Assembly: GCA_044222185.1 (NCBI GenBank)
Contig: JBGANV010000001.1
Span: 1,504,001-1,568,000, forward strand
Length of the DNA: 64,000 bases
Source of the DNA: Planctomycetota bacterium
GTDB lineage: Bacteria; Planctomycetota; GCA-002687715; CAIWVZ01
Direction: 5' to 3'
The translations under genes were made by a program, and so were the position numbers. Position 1 is the stretch's first letter; every line of letters starts with the position of its first letter. This document shows positions 1-9,881 of this stretch, piece by piece. The notes below the pieces were generated by a model. It searched no databases, was not told the DNA's origin, and saw only the letters and a list, made by a program, of their open reading frames with translations.

Positions 1-76
1 CGCCGCCGTCTATTACTACCTCGGGCCGGTACGCCGCCGACTCGAGAAACCGTCGAACCATTCGGGAGTCGCGTGA
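1..76 (+). CDS. 3' end of an upstream gene, possibly ResB/CcsB-like cytochrome c biogenesis protein (partial)
   Basis: Frame 2 reads AAVYYYLGPVRRRLEKPSNHSGVA* with TGA at 74-76 overlapping the next ATG (TGATG); identity inferred only from adjacency to ccsA. Confidence 0.35.
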   Translation, partial: AAVYYYLGPVRRRLEKPSNHSGVA

Positions 77-1908
77 TGAAGCCCATGTCTCTGGTCGTCG
101 TGGCCGCCTTGTGCGCGATCGCCGGTGCGCAGGACGCGACGCAGTCGGCCCACATGACGATCGACGTCACGCGGCTACGTGGCATCCCCGTTCTCTCCGA
201 CGGGCGCTACAAGCCGCTCGACGCGCACGCACGCCAGGCCGTCCGATCGATCTGCGGCACCGAGTCCCCGAAGCGCCTCACACCGGACCAGAAGGAGCAG
301 GGCATCGACCCGCTCGTGCTCTTCCTCCAATGGGCGTTCGACCCGACGACCGAACGGACCGTTCGGCAGATCGCCGTGCCGGACGCCAAGATCCGCAAGC
401 TCATCACGCCGGGTCGCAACGAAAAGGACACGCTGTACAGCTACGACGAGCTCTCGTTGAACGAGACGCTCGCGAAGGAGATGACTCGGATCGCAGGGCT
501 CAGCCAGGAGGCGCGAAAGACGATCGACAACGACATCGCGCTGGTGATGTCCCGCGTGAACCAGTTCGGACTCCACTCCGGTGCTGCGCCGGATTGGGCC
601 ACGGTCGCGGAGGACTTGCGCGGCGGCGCCCCCATCGTCCCGAACCCCGAAGCCCCGAAGGAGAACATCGAGTACCGATGGGGTTACGTCGGGACGGCTG
701 AGCGGTTCGGCTATCCACCGGAGAAGGCTGGCGCGGTCACGGACGCTTGGAGGGCAGTGAAGCGCGCGTTCCTCGTCAACGACCAGGCCGCTCTCGACGC
801 CGCCGCCGACAAACTTTCGACGGCCCTCGGAGCGCTGAATGCCCCTCGGACGTACGACCCTGCAAAAATCTCGCTGGAAGTCACCTACTGGCTCGCGGGA
901 CGCCTCGCCAAGGCGCGTGGACTGCTCCTCGCCGCATTCTTCATCAGCGTCGTCTTTCTGTTCGTGAAGAACCGCTGGGTCGGCTTGCTGTCGGCGGCGC
1001 TCGCAGCGACGGGCCTCGTCTACCACGTCATCGATTCCGTGCAGCGAACCACGCTCTCAGGGCAGGCGCTCATCGGCAATCTCTACGAGTCGCTCGTGTT
1101 CATCGGAGGAATCGCCTCGGTGGCGGCACTCGTGTTCGAGATCAAGTTCCGATCCGGCTGGTTCCTCATGGTCGGGACGCTGCTGAGCGTCGTGGCGCTG
1201 TCGATCGCATTGGAATTCCCCCTCGATCTCGACCCCGGGATCCGTGGTCTGAAGCCGGTACTCATCAACAATTTCTGGATCCACATCCACGTCCCGACGA
1301 TGATGGCGTCCTACGCGACGTTGCTCCTCGCCACGTTGATGGCGAACGCCTGGCTCGTCATGCGCTTGTTCCGGTCCGAGAACCACCCGGCGATGAAGGC
1401 GCTCGCCTCGTTCTGCTACTGGATCCTCCCCCCGGGCGTGATCCTGCTTTTCGCCGGCATCATTCTCGGTGGGATCTGGGCGGACGCGTCCTGGGGACGA
1501 TTCTGGGGCTTCGACCCGAAGGAGAACGCCGCACTCGCGACGTGGCTCGTGTTCCTGGTCGTCGTCCACGCGCGATGGACCGGGTGGCTCCGCGACTTCG
1601 GCACGTCCATGGGCTGCGTCGCTGGCGGCCTCGCCATCGTCTACACCTACTACGGCGTCAACTTCTTGAAGAAGGGCTTGCACTCCTACGCGGGGGCCGC
1701 GAACGAATCCGCGGATCTCTCGAGCATCCCCAAGCCGCTCTGGATCTACCTCGGCGTGCAGCTGCTCATCGTGATCCTCGCCTCGATCAGGCGTGCGTCC
1801 ACCCGCACGATGGTCGTCGGCACCGACCGCAGCCATGACGAGGACATCGAAACGACCGTCGCCGAATCGCCCAAAACCGTATCGGAGCGCCTGGCACGTC
1901 CGTCCTGA
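76..1908 (+). CDS. ccsA: Cytochrome c biogenesis protein CcsA/ResC (system II) with N-terminal periplasmic domain
   Basis: WWD motif GIWADASWGRFWGFDPKE, heme-ligand His motifs IHIHVP and GLHSY, LYESL motif, multiple TM helices, N-terminal signal-like segment and GRYKPLD motif. Confidence 0.9.
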   Translation: MKPMSLVVVAALCAIAGAQDATQSAHMTIDVTRLRGIPVLSDGRYKPLDAHARQAVRSICGTESPKRLTPDQKEQGIDPLVLFLQWAFDPTTERTVRQIAVPDAKIRKLITPGRNEKDTLYSYDELSLNETLAKEMTRIAGLSQEARKTIDNDIALVMSRVNQFGLHSGAAPDWATVAEDLRGGAPIVPNPEAPKENIEYRWGYVGTAERFGYPPEKAGAVTDAWRAVKRAFLVNDQAALDAAADKLSTALGALNAPRTYDPAKISLEVTYWLAGRLAKARGLLLAAFFISVVFLFVKNRWVGLLSAALAATGLVYHVIDSVQRTTLSGQALIGNLYESLVFIGGIASVAALVFEIKFRSGWFLMVGTLLSVVALSIALEFPLDLDPGIRGLKPVLINNFWIHIHVPTMMASYATLLLATLMANAWLVMRLFRSENHPAMKALASFCYWILPPGVILLFAGIILGGIWADASWGRFWGFDPKENAALATWLVFLVVVHARWTGWLRDFGTSMGCVAGGLAIVYTYYGVNFLKKGLHSYAGAANESADLSSIPKPLWIYLGVQLLIVILASIRRASTRTMVVGTDRSHDEDIETTVAESPKTVSERLARPS

Positions 1909-2029
1909 TCCGCTTCGGACGTGCGGCTGACGGTTGTCGGAACCGCCGCATCCGACCATCCTTGACACGCGCGCGATCGCGCAGAGGATCGCGCTCGCTC
2001 CGCCACTGCGTTGGACCCGAGGAACCCCG

Positions 2030-2605
2030 ATGAATCCGCCCGAAATCGATACCGAGCTCGCTGCGACCGTCGAGAGGCAGCTACGCCTCATCGGCGAAGA
2101 CCCGACGCGAGAGGGCCTTCAGCGCACGCCGGCTCGTGTGGCACGCGCCCTCCAGTTCCTCACGTCAGGCTACAAGCTCGACATCGGCAAGCTCGTGAAT
2201 CAGGCGGTGTTCCAGGAGGACACGCAGGAGATGATCCTCGTGCGGGACATCGAGCTCTACAGCCTTTGCGAGCATCACGTGCTGCCATTCTTCGGGAAGG
2301 CGCACGTCGCCTACATTCCGAACGGCCGCATCATCGGGTTGTCGAAGATCCCGCGCCTCGTCGACGCGTTCGCACGACGCCTCCAGGTCCAGGAGCGGCT
2401 GACCGAACAGATCGCCGCCGCGCTCGAGTGCGCGCTCCAACCCCGTGGCGTGGGCGTGATCGTCGAGGCACGCCACCTCTGCATGATGATGCGCGGTGTC
2501 GAGAAACAGAATTCGTCCGCAACCACGAGCGCCATGCTCGGTCTCTTTCGGACGGATTCGAAAACCCGCGCCGAGTTCCTCGACCTGGTACGCGGCCGTG
2601 GATGA
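2030..2605 (+). CDS. folE: GTP cyclohydrolase I
   Basis: [49 protein letters not shown] motifs; ATG 2030 after GAGG. Confidence 0.95.
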   Translation: MNPPEIDTELAATVERQLRLIGEDPTREGLQRTPARVARALQFLTSGYKLDIGKLVNQAVFQEDTQEMILVRDIELYSLCEHHVLPFFGKAHVAYIPNGRIIGLSKIPRLVDAFARRLQVQERLTEQIAAALECALQPRGVGVIVEARHLCMMMRGVEKQNSSATTSAMLGLFRTDSKTRAEFLDLVRGRG

Positions 2606-2621
2606 TCTCCCCGATCGCGCC

Positions 2622-3026
2622 ATGGAGAAGTTCAACGTGACGACCGAGATCGTCACGCTGGAGGAAGCACGCCGCCGCCTGCCACGCGTCCGGGCGCATG
2701 CCCGCCAGATCATGGGCATCGTCGAGGAGGCGGCCTCGATCCAGCGATCGTTATCGGCGCTGGATGCGGCGGACGCGTCGCCAGATGCCCGCGCGGGTTA
2801 CGAGTCACGGCTCAAGGAGCTCGAACGCGCGATGATCGACGCCGTGCGCAGCCTGAACGACCTCGGGGGCTACTTGAAGGACGCATCGACGGGGTTGCTC
2901 GACTTCTACGCGTGGCGGAACGACGAGCTCGTGTTCCTGTGCTGGCAACACGGTGAGGACGAGATCCGATACTGGCACGGACTCGACGAGGGCTATCAGT
3001 CCCGCAAACCGCTGGACGACGCATGA
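2622..3026 (+). CDS. DUF2203 family protein
   Basis: TLEEARRRLP start, coiled coil, KDASTGLLDF...VFLCWQHGEDEIRYWHGLDEGY signature; start could be GTG 2598. Confidence 0.8.
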   Translation: MEKFNVTTEIVTLEEARRRLPRVRAHARQIMGIVEEAASIQRSLSALDAADASPDARAGYESRLKELERAMIDAVRSLNDLGGYLKDASTGLLDFYAWRNDELVFLCWQHGEDEIRYWHGLDEGYQSRKPLDDA

Positions 3027-3775
3027 ATCGAGCCCCCGCACGAAGCCACGAACGCCGCCAATCCAAGGCCGCTCCGGCGAAGACGTCGAAAGCCCCGGCC
3101 AATGGAGAGACCAGGGTGCGGAAACCGCCGCCTGCGACCGACCGGATGCCGGCAATCCTCGCCCGCCTCGGCGAGGCATACGGTGAAAGCACTTGCAGCC
3201 TGACGCACCGCAGCCCGTTCGAGCTTCTCGTCGCCACGATCCTGTCGGCGCAGTGCACGGACGCTCGCGTCAACATGGTGACCCCCGTACTGTTCGCCCG
3301 ATGTCCGGATCCGGCCGCGCTCGACGCCATTCCGATCGAGGAATTGGAGTCGATCATCAAGTCCACGGGCTTCTTCCACAACAAGGCGAGATCCCTGAAG
3401 GGCGCCGCGCACACGCTCGTCACCGAGTTCGGCGGGAACGTCCCAAAGACGATGGAAGAGCTGCTGCGGCTTCCCGGCGTGGCAAGAAAAACGGCCAATG
3501 TGGTGCTCGGAACGGGCTTCGGAATCGCTTCGGGCGTGGTCGTCGACACGCACGTCGGGAGGATCTCGGGCCGGCTTGGATTCACGCGCCACGAGGACCC
3601 GAAGAAGATCGAACAGGATCTCCTCCGACTCGTTCCCAGGTCCCACTGGATCAGCTTCTCGCACCAACTGATCGACCACGGCCGCGCCGTGTGCATGGCG
3701 CGATCACCGGCCTGCGACCGATGCTTCCTCCTGGCGGACTGTCCCTACGGACGGGCGCGCACGAAGAAACCATGA
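3023..3775 (+). CDS. nth: Endonuclease III
   Basis: LLVATILSAQCTD, HhH motif LPGVARKTAN, VDTHV, Fe-S motif CMARSPACDRCFLLADC; start may be downstream. Confidence 0.95.
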   Translation: MNRAPARSHERRQSKAAPAKTSKAPANGETRVRKPPPATDRMPAILARLGEAYGESTCSLTHRSPFELLVATILSAQCTDARVNMVTPVLFARCPDPAALDAIPIEELESIIKSTGFFHNKARSLKGAAHTLVTEFGGNVPKTMEELLRLPGVARKTANVVLGTGFGIASGVVVDTHVGRISGRLGFTRHEDPKKIEQDLLRLVPRSHWISFSHQLIDHGRAVCMARSPACDRCFLLADCPYGRARTKKP

Positions 3776-3856
3776 CGTAGGTTCCGGGTTTCGGAGAGAA
3801 CCGGACCAAACGTTCATCCCAGGCGTCTCCCCTGACGGCAATGCCAGGAGACTCGG

Positions 3857-4252
3857 ATGAACACTTTCAGCGTCGTGGTCGTGGCTTCTCTACTCTTCGC
3901 GTTCCCCGCGAGTGCGCCGGCTCAGGGGTCGGACGTCGACGTTTCGAAGGACGTCGCGCAGCGATTCGTCAAGACGAAGGGCGCCTCTCTCGTGGGCAGA
4001 CACATCCACTGGCACGTCCCGGCAAGGGCCCTGTCTGACGCCAAGAAGGCCCGGGGCGGCCAGTTGCTTTTCGTGTCGCAGGGGATCGGGATCATCGTCG
4101 CGCAGTACTCATCGTCGCTCGAGGAAGTCCGGCGTCGGGGAGGCGCAGCCTGTGTGCGGGGTCAGGTGGTCATGGTCCCGCCCAAGGAACGCACTCCTGG
4201 CGACCCTGAACACGTCGTCGTCGTGACGACGCTGTCACATCGCAAACACTGA
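3857..4252 (+). CDS. Hypothetical secreted protein (131 aa)
   Basis: AGGAG SD before ATG; signal peptide ending APA-Q; no recognised family. Confidence 0.6.
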   Translation: MNTFSVVVVASLLFAFPASAPAQGSDVDVSKDVAQRFVKTKGASLVGRHIHWHVPARALSDAKKARGGQLLFVSQGIGIIVAQYSSSLEEVRRRGGAACVRGQVVMVPPKERTPGDPEHVVVVTTLSHRKH

Positions 4253-4287
4253 ATCGCGGTGGCGTCGGCGCTGGACCGCCTGCTCCA

Positions 4288-4332
4288 GAAAAGGCGCGAG
4301 ACCGCCCGCACCTTGCGGCGCGAGCGGCCTCG
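4288..4332 (-). terminator. Intrinsic terminator
   Basis: Minus strand CGAGGCCGCTCGCGCC-GCAA-GGTGCGGGCGGTCTCG (16-bp stem, 3 G-U pairs that only work on this strand) followed by CGCCTTTTCT. Confidence 0.7.
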
Positions 4333-4445
4333 TCGTGGGCCCGGGGGCTACGCCCCTCCAACACGGAGGAGGATTGGCGCCGACGAACTCGATGGAGCGA
4401 ACCTTGTATCGTCGGCGACCGGTCAACCGTCTCCCAACCGGACAC
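4288..4445 (-). ncRNA. Candidate structured small RNA
   Basis: Bounded by a sigma54-type promoter and a GNRA-capped terminator; contains consecutive stems (CCGGT/ACCGG, CGCCGACGA/TCGTCGGCG, CCTCC/GGAGG, GGGC/GCCC). Confidence 0.5.
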
Positions 4446-4454
4446 GATCCCCTA

Positions 4455-4472
4455 TTGCATGGGGCGTGCCAA
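4455..4472 (-). promoter_or_regulatory. Sigma54 (-24/-12) promoter
   Basis: TTGGCACG-CCCC-ATGCAA matches TGGCACG-N4-TTGCW with exact GG/GC spacing and one mismatch. Confidence 0.6.
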
Positions 4473-4612
4473 ACGCAGCACGGGCCGAACGACGGCGAAA
4501 AACGGGTGTTTTTCCGCGCGACCATCGCAGTGGACCGGCGCCGATCACGCCGAGGACGACGCGGTGAATGTCCCGTGAAGAGGACGCTCCACGTCCACGC
4601 CGAAGGTCGGAT

Positions 4613-5992
4613 TCAGACCTCCCGATCGAGGGGCAACCGGTCGACTTCAGGAAACCGGGCAAGCGCGTCGGTCAGAACGTCGCGTGCCCGAAGCAGGGCC
4701 GCGCGGTCAGCGGCCTCGAACCTGACCGTGAGGTTGGGAGTCGTATTGCTGGCACGGACGAGGAACCAGCCCCCGTCCACGCGCACCCGCGCGCCGTCGA
4801 TCGCTACGACGGGATATCGCGCGGCAAACTGGGACCTGAGTGCATCCACGACGGCGAACTTCCGTGCATCGGGGCACGGAACCTTGATCTCCGCCGTGGA
4901 CACGAGGTCGGGGATCCCGGAGAGCAGCCCGCTCGCCGGGCCGCCCGACTCGTCCATGAGCTTCAGGAACGACAACGCCGCGTAGAGCGAGTCGTCGATG
5001 GGGACGTAACCGCGGTTGAAGACGAGGTGACCGGAAAGCTCACCACCGAAGATCGCGTCCTCGGTCTTGATGTCGCGCTTCAGTAGCGAGTGCCCCGTCA
5101 CGCCCATCAGTGGCACGCCGCCGTGAGCCCGGATGTCGGACTCGAGGAAGTCGCTGCACTTCACGTCGTACCGGATCTTCCCCCCACCATGGCGTCGCAG
5201 GAGGTCGCGCGCGAACACGACGATGAGGTGATCGGCGGGAATCTTCCGGCCGCGCTCGTCGATCACCCCGACGCGGTCGCCGTCGCCGTCGAATCCGAGC
5301 CCGAGGTCGGCATGCTCCGTGAGGACTCGCTGCCGCATCACCTCCATGTAGGCCGGGACCTCGGGGTCCGGGATGTGGTTGGGGAAGTCTCCATCCGGCT
5401 CGCAGTAGAGCGCCGTGACGTCGACGCCGAGCTGCTTCATCGCCTCGAGCACGACGGGACCCATGACGCCGTTGCCGCAGTCGACGACGATGCGAAACCT
5501 CCGGCGGAACCGGAACCGCGGCAGAAGATCTGCGAAGTACTCGGCGAGGTACGCGCGCTGGCTGACGCGGCCCGGCCCGGACGCGAAGGCGCCACGCATG
5601 GCTTCGTCGCGCAACGATCGGATGCCGTCCCCCCAAACGCTGTCGGCACCCGCGCAGACCTTGAGCCCGTTGTCCGATTTCGGGTTGTGGCTCCCGGTCA
5701 CCATGATCCCGCCGCCGAGCGCCAGTCGATGGAGCGCGTGATAGAGGACCGGCGTCGGAACGACTCCCAGGTCGTGCACGTGAAGCCCGGTCGCCCGGAG
5801 GCCCTCCATTGCGGCTGCCGCCAGCGCCGGCGACGAATGCCGGACATCCCGCCCGACGGCGACCGTGGAGCCTTGGGCGTTGCGGATCCGCGTGCCGAGC
5901 GCGGCGCCGACGCCGCGCGCGACCTCGGGACTCAGGACTTCGGGAGCGCGTCCGCGGATGTCGTATTCACGAAAGATGGCCGGGTCGTACAT
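4613..5992 (-). CDS. Phosphomannomutase/phosphoglucomutase (alpha-D-phosphohexomutase family)
   Basis: FREYDIRG start, phosphoserine TGSHNP, metal loop FDGDGDR, GELSGH, RASNTTP. Confidence 0.93.
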   Translation of the reverse strand: MYDPAIFREYDIRGRAPEVLSPEVARGVGAALGTRIRNAQGSTVAVGRDVRHSSPALAAAAMEGLRATGLHVHDLGVVPTPVLYHALHRLALGGGIMVTGSHNPKSDNGLKVCAGADSVWGDGIRSLRDEAMRGAFASGPGRVSQRAYLAEYFADLLPRFRFRRRFRIVVDCGNGVMGPVVLEAMKQLGVDVTALYCEPDGDFPNHIPDPEVPAYMEVMRQRVLTEHADLGLGFDGDGDRVGVIDERGRKIPADHLIVVFARDLLRRHGGGKIRYDVKCSDFLESDIRAHGGVPLMGVTGHSLLKRDIKTEDAIFGGELSGHLVFNRGYVPIDDSLYAALSFLKLMDESGGPASGLLSGIPDLVSTAEIKVPCPDARKFAVVDALRSQFAARYPVVAIDGARVRVDGGWFLVRASNTTPNLTVRFEAADRAALLRARDVLTDALARFPEVDRLPLDREV

Positions 5993-6027
5993 GCGGCCAT
6001 GGTACGGAGGCAGCGTTCATCCGTCGA

Positions 6028-6057
6028 TTGCCCATGCCGATCTCCCCCGGCTACACT
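6028..6057 (+). promoter_or_regulatory. Putative sigma70 promoter of the nucleoside operon
   Basis: TTGCCC-N18-TACACT in the divergent gap upstream of the 5'-nucleotidase gene. Confidence 0.4.
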
Positions 6058-6096
6058 CCGGCCCACCACGTCGAGCAACGGACGCGGTCACAACCC

Positions 6097-7734
6097 ATGA
6101 TGCAAGCCTGCTTGAACCTCCGATCGGGTGTGCGCCAGACCCGGCCGCTCGCCCGAGCTCTCGGCCGATTCACACAGGGGTTGGCGCTCGCGATGGGCCT
6201 CGCGCTCGCGCTCGTCGGGCAGGAGAGCCGCCCGGCCACCGTGTCCCTCGTGATCCTTCACACGAACGACGTCCATGGGCAGCTCCACTCCGTGCCCGAC
6301 TCGAGGGGACGCGGGGCGGACCGAGGCCCCATGGGGGGGTACCAGGAGCTCGTCACCGCGATCGACGAGGAACGGTCCAAGGTCGCACACAGCGTGCTCG
6401 TGGACGCAGGTGATTGGTTCCAAGGCACTCCCGAGGGAACGCTCAGCCGGGGACGCTGCGCCGTCGAACTGATGAACGCGGCCGGGTATGACTTCGCGGC
6501 GATCGGAAACCACGACTTCGACTGCGGGCAGGACAACCTCGCCGACCTTCTCGAGCTGGCTCGTTTCCGGCCGTTCGCGCGCAACCTCTCGGTTGGGGGC
6601 GCTGCCGGCGACACGCCATCCCCCGCGACGCGACTGGGGGCGGTGCTCGACGGCAGAGTGCTCACTCCCCAACCGGTCGTGGTCGTCGACGGCTTCCGCG
6701 TCGCGTTCGACGGCCTGCTGTCGGAGGAGACGCCGCGCATCAGCTCGAAACGGGTGATGGAAGGACTCGGCGTCGGCGCTGAATCGGACGGCGCGACGCG
6801 CGCGGTGCTGATGACGAAGGGCGCCGGCAAGGCCGACGCCCTCGTCCTCGTCAATCACGTCGGCAAGGACAACAACGTCCAGATTGCGCGCGACCATCCC
6901 GAGATCGACGTCGTGATCGGCGGGCACAACCATCGAGACGTGCTCGAGTCGGGCGTCGTCGTCGAGAGCACGGGCGCACTCATCGCGCAGGCGGCAGCGA
7001 ATTCGCAGGCCCTGGGCATCGTGACGCTCGAGATCGACCCCGTCGCGAAGAAGATCGTCTCGAAGAAGGCCCGTCTCCGACACATCGCGGCGAACCCGGC
7101 CGTGGTGGTCCCCCGGATCGCTCCGATCATCGAGCGACACGAAAAGGCCGTCGCAGCGCTCATGGACGTTCCCGTGGCGAACGTGCCGGTCGCGTTGACG
7201 CGCGAGTGGACGCTCGAGAAACCCTCCCCGCTGGCGAGTTGGATGACGCAGGTCATGATCGACCGCACTCACGCCGACGTCGCGATCCACAACGCCGGTG
7301 GCATCCGCGCCGCGATCCCAGCCGGCGCCGCCCGCGTCCGGGAGCTGTTCCAGGTTTCGCCGTTCGGCAACCGCCTCGTCGTGATCGACGTCACGGCGAA
7401 GGACGTCCGTGAGGTTTGCGAGCGGAGTGCCAGGAACCCGTCGCGAGGGTGCCACATCCGCGGCATCGAGGTTCACTGGACGCAGACCGGCGAGGGTCCC
7501 GTACAGGTCACGAAGCTCGTGAGCAAAGGGAAGGTGCTATCCGACGGAGATCGCCTCCGCGTCGCGACGACGGACTTCCTCGCTGGCGGCGCCGACAACT
7601 TCCCGAGCTTGCGGAGCGCGGCCCCGGTCGAAGACCTGGGGATCACGCTCCTCGACGCGACGCTCGAGGCGGCGCGCTCACAAAAGACCGTCACCGCCCC
7701 GGACGGAAACGCCTGGGTCCGCGATACGAACTGA
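6097..7734 (+). CDS. Exported bifunctional metallophosphatase/5'-nucleotidase
   Basis: HTNDVHG, DAGDWFQG, GNHDFD, GGHNH motifs; C-terminal domain NAGGIRA, PFGN, DFLAGGAD; hydrophobic signal segment; start uncertain. Confidence 0.9.
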   Translation: MMQACLNLRSGVRQTRPLARALGRFTQGLALAMGLALALVGQESRPATVSLVILHTNDVHGQLHSVPDSRGRGADRGPMGGYQELVTAIDEERSKVAHSVLVDAGDWFQGTPEGTLSRGRCAVELMNAAGYDFAAIGNHDFDCGQDNLADLLELARFRPFARNLSVGGAAGDTPSPATRLGAVLDGRVLTPQPVVVVDGFRVAFDGLLSEETPRISSKRVMEGLGVGAESDGATRAVLMTKGAGKADALVLVNHVGKDNNVQIARDHPEIDVVIGGHNHRDVLESGVVVESTGALIAQAAANSQALGIVTLEIDPVAKKIVSKKARLRHIAANPAVVVPRIAPIIERHEKAVAALMDVPVANVPVALTREWTLEKPSPLASWMTQVMIDRTHADVAIHNAGGIRAAIPAGAARVRELFQVSPFGNRLVVIDVTAKDVREVCERSARNPSRGCHIRGIEVHWTQTGEGPVQVTKLVSKGKVLSDGDRLRVATTDFLAGGADNFPSLRSAAPVEDLGITLLDATLEAARSQKTVTAPDGNAWVRDTN

Positions 7735-7748
7735 TCGGACGATTTCGC

Positions 7749-9029
7749 ATGGAACGAGTTCAGAGCGCGTTCGGCGTGTTCGCGATGATGGGGTTCGCCT
7801 GGCTGCTTTGCCCCGCCGACCGCCGCAAGCACGTGAATTGGCGGATGGTCGGCACGGGACTCCTGATCCTGATCGGGGTCGCGCTTCTCGTGCTCAAGAC
7901 GCCCGTGCGCAACGGCTTCAGCGGGGCCAGCGATGCCGTCGACACGTTGCTCCAATTCAGTGACGCGGGCGCCCAGTTCCTCTTCGGAAGCCTGGCGAAG
8001 ATCCAGGAACCCTGGGGAATGGTCTTCGCGTTCCGGGTACTTCCCACGATCATCTTCTTCGCGGCGCTGATGTCCCTCCTCTACTACGTCGGGTTGATGC
8101 CGCTCATCATCCGCGTCCTGGGCCGCATCCTCGCGAAGGTCCTGGGGACCAGCGGCGCCGAGAGCTTCTCCACCGTGGCCGACATCTTCGTCGGTCAAAC
8201 GGAGGCGCCCCTTGCGATCCGCCCCTACATCGCGACGCTCACGCAGTCCGAACTCCTCGCCTGCATGGTCGCTGGATTCGCGACCACGGCCGGGGGCGTG
8301 CTTGCGGCCTACGTGCAGATGCTCCACGACCTCGTCCCGGACGTCGCGGGGCACTTCATCGCGTGCAGCGTAATGTGCGCGCCCGCATCCCTCGTCGTGG
8401 CGAAACTCGCCATGCCGGAGACGGACAAGCCCAAGACGTCCGGAATGACCCAGATCACCGTCCCGCGCTCCGGCTCGAACGTCTTCGACGCGATCGCAGC
8501 CGGAACGACGGACGGCCTCCAGCTCGCGCTGAACGTCGGCGCGATGCTCATCGCGTTCGCGGCTCTCGTCGCCCTCCTCAACGCGCTCCTCGGCTGGATA
8601 GGCGGTCTGCTCACGACGTGGACGCATGGCGCGATCCCCTTCGGACCGGAACACCCCCTGGACCTCCAGACCGTGTTCGGTTGGATCTTCTACCCGATCG
8701 CATGGCTCCTCGGCGTCGACGGGAAGGACGCCTTCAAGGTCGCGGGGCTCCTCGGTGAAAAGACGGCCATGACGGAGTTCATGGCGTACCAGCGCATGAG
8801 TCTCGCGCTGAAGGCCGACCCCGCGTGGATCTCCGAGCGGTCGCGACTCGTGGCGTCCTATGCGCTGTGCGGGTTCGCGAATTTCGCCAGCATCGGCATC
8901 CAGATCGGCGGGTATGCCGCGCTGGCTCCCGAACGGCGAAGCGACCTTTCTCGCCTCGCGTTCCGCGCCATGATCGGCGGCTTCCTCGCCACGTGCATGG
9001 TGGCGTGTCTTGCCGGAGTCTTCCTGTGA
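7749..9029 (+). CDS. nupC: Na+/H+ nucleoside cotransporter, CNT/NupC family
   Basis: FAFRVLPTIIFF, FVGQTEAPL, NVGAMLIAF, ALCGFANFASIGIQIGG motifs. Confidence 0.92.
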   Translation: MERVQSAFGVFAMMGFAWLLCPADRRKHVNWRMVGTGLLILIGVALLVLKTPVRNGFSGASDAVDTLLQFSDAGAQFLFGSLAKIQEPWGMVFAFRVLPTIIFFAALMSLLYYVGLMPLIIRVLGRILAKVLGTSGAESFSTVADIFVGQTEAPLAIRPYIATLTQSELLACMVAGFATTAGGVLAAYVQMLHDLVPDVAGHFIACSVMCAPASLVVAKLAMPETDKPKTSGMTQITVPRSGSNVFDAIAAGTTDGLQLALNVGAMLIAFAALVALLNALLGWIGGLLTTWTHGAIPFGPEHPLDLQTVFGWIFYPIAWLLGVDGKDAFKVAGLLGEKTAMTEFMAYQRMSLALKADPAWISERSRLVASYALCGFANFASIGIQIGGYAALAPERRSDLSRLAFRAMIGGFLATCMVACLAGVFL

Positions 9030-9850
9030 ACCCAGCCCTTCGCGCCGTCATCGCCGTCGCTCGCCAGCTCCACGAAGAGTCCCACGCTCCCGCTCCGCGC
9101 GTGGGGTTCATCCTCGGCTCGGGCCTCGGCGGCCTGGCGGATCGGATCGAATCCAAGACCGTCGTATCGACGAAGAAGCTCCCCGGGTTCCCACAAAGCA
9201 CGACGCCTGGCCACGAGGGCAGTCTGATCTTCGGAATGCTGAACGGCGTTTCCGTCGCGGCGCTCAAAGGGCGAATCCACGTCTACGAGGGGCACTCTCT
9301 CGCAACCGCATCGCTCACGGCGCGAGCGCTGTGCGGTCTGGGCATCAGGACGCTCGTCGTCACCAACGCCGCGGGGGCCCTCCATGCCGACTGGCGTCCT
9401 GGCGAAGTCATGCTGATCCGGGACCATCTGAACCTGCTCGGCGGCTCGCCCCTCGAAGGCGCGAACGACGATGGCCTCGGCGCACGCTTCGTCGACATGT
9501 CGGCGTGTTACCCGCCGGCGCTCCGTGCGATCGCGAAGCAGCACGCGAGGGCCTGTGCGATCACGATGCACGAAGGTGTCTATGCCGCCGTGCGCGGACC
9601 GCAGTACGAGACACCGGCCGAGATCCGCATGCTCGGGCTGCTCGGTGCCGACACCGTCGGCATGTCGACCGTTCCGGAGGTCATCGTTGCCGCGCACATG
9701 GGTGTGCAGGTCCTGGGCCTCTCGGTCGTCACGAACGTCGCCGCCGGCCTCACGACAGCCAAGATCCACCACGAGGAAGTGATCGACACCGGCAACAAGG
9801 TGGCCTCGGGTCTCTCGGACCTCATGCATCGGATCGTGCCGGAACTCTGA
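9026..9850 (+). CDS. punA: Purine nucleoside phosphorylase (trimeric PNP family)
   Basis: ILGSGLG, GRIHVYEG, TNAAG, GPQYETPAE, VGMSTVPEV; GTG start overlaps nupC stop. Confidence 0.93.
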   Translation: MNPALRAVIAVARQLHEESHAPAPRVGFILGSGLGGLADRIESKTVVSTKKLPGFPQSTTPGHEGSLIFGMLNGVSVAALKGRIHVYEGHSLATASLTARALCGLGIRTLVVTNAAGALHADWRPGEVMLIRDHLNLLGGSPLEGANDDGLGARFVDMSACYPPALRAIAKQHARACAITMHEGVYAAVRGPQYETPAEIRMLGLLGADTVGMSTVPEVIVAAHMGVQVLGLSVVTNVAAGLTTAKIHHEEVIDTGNKVASGLSDLMHRIVPEL

Positions 9851-9881
9851 GAGGCTCACGGCCTCGCGAAGGACCCGCCCC

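Noticed and set aside
4170-4985. Small ORFs across the 4252-4613 gap
   Set aside because: Arg/Pro-rich, no motifs or well-placed RBS, partly overlap real genes; RNA structure explains the region better
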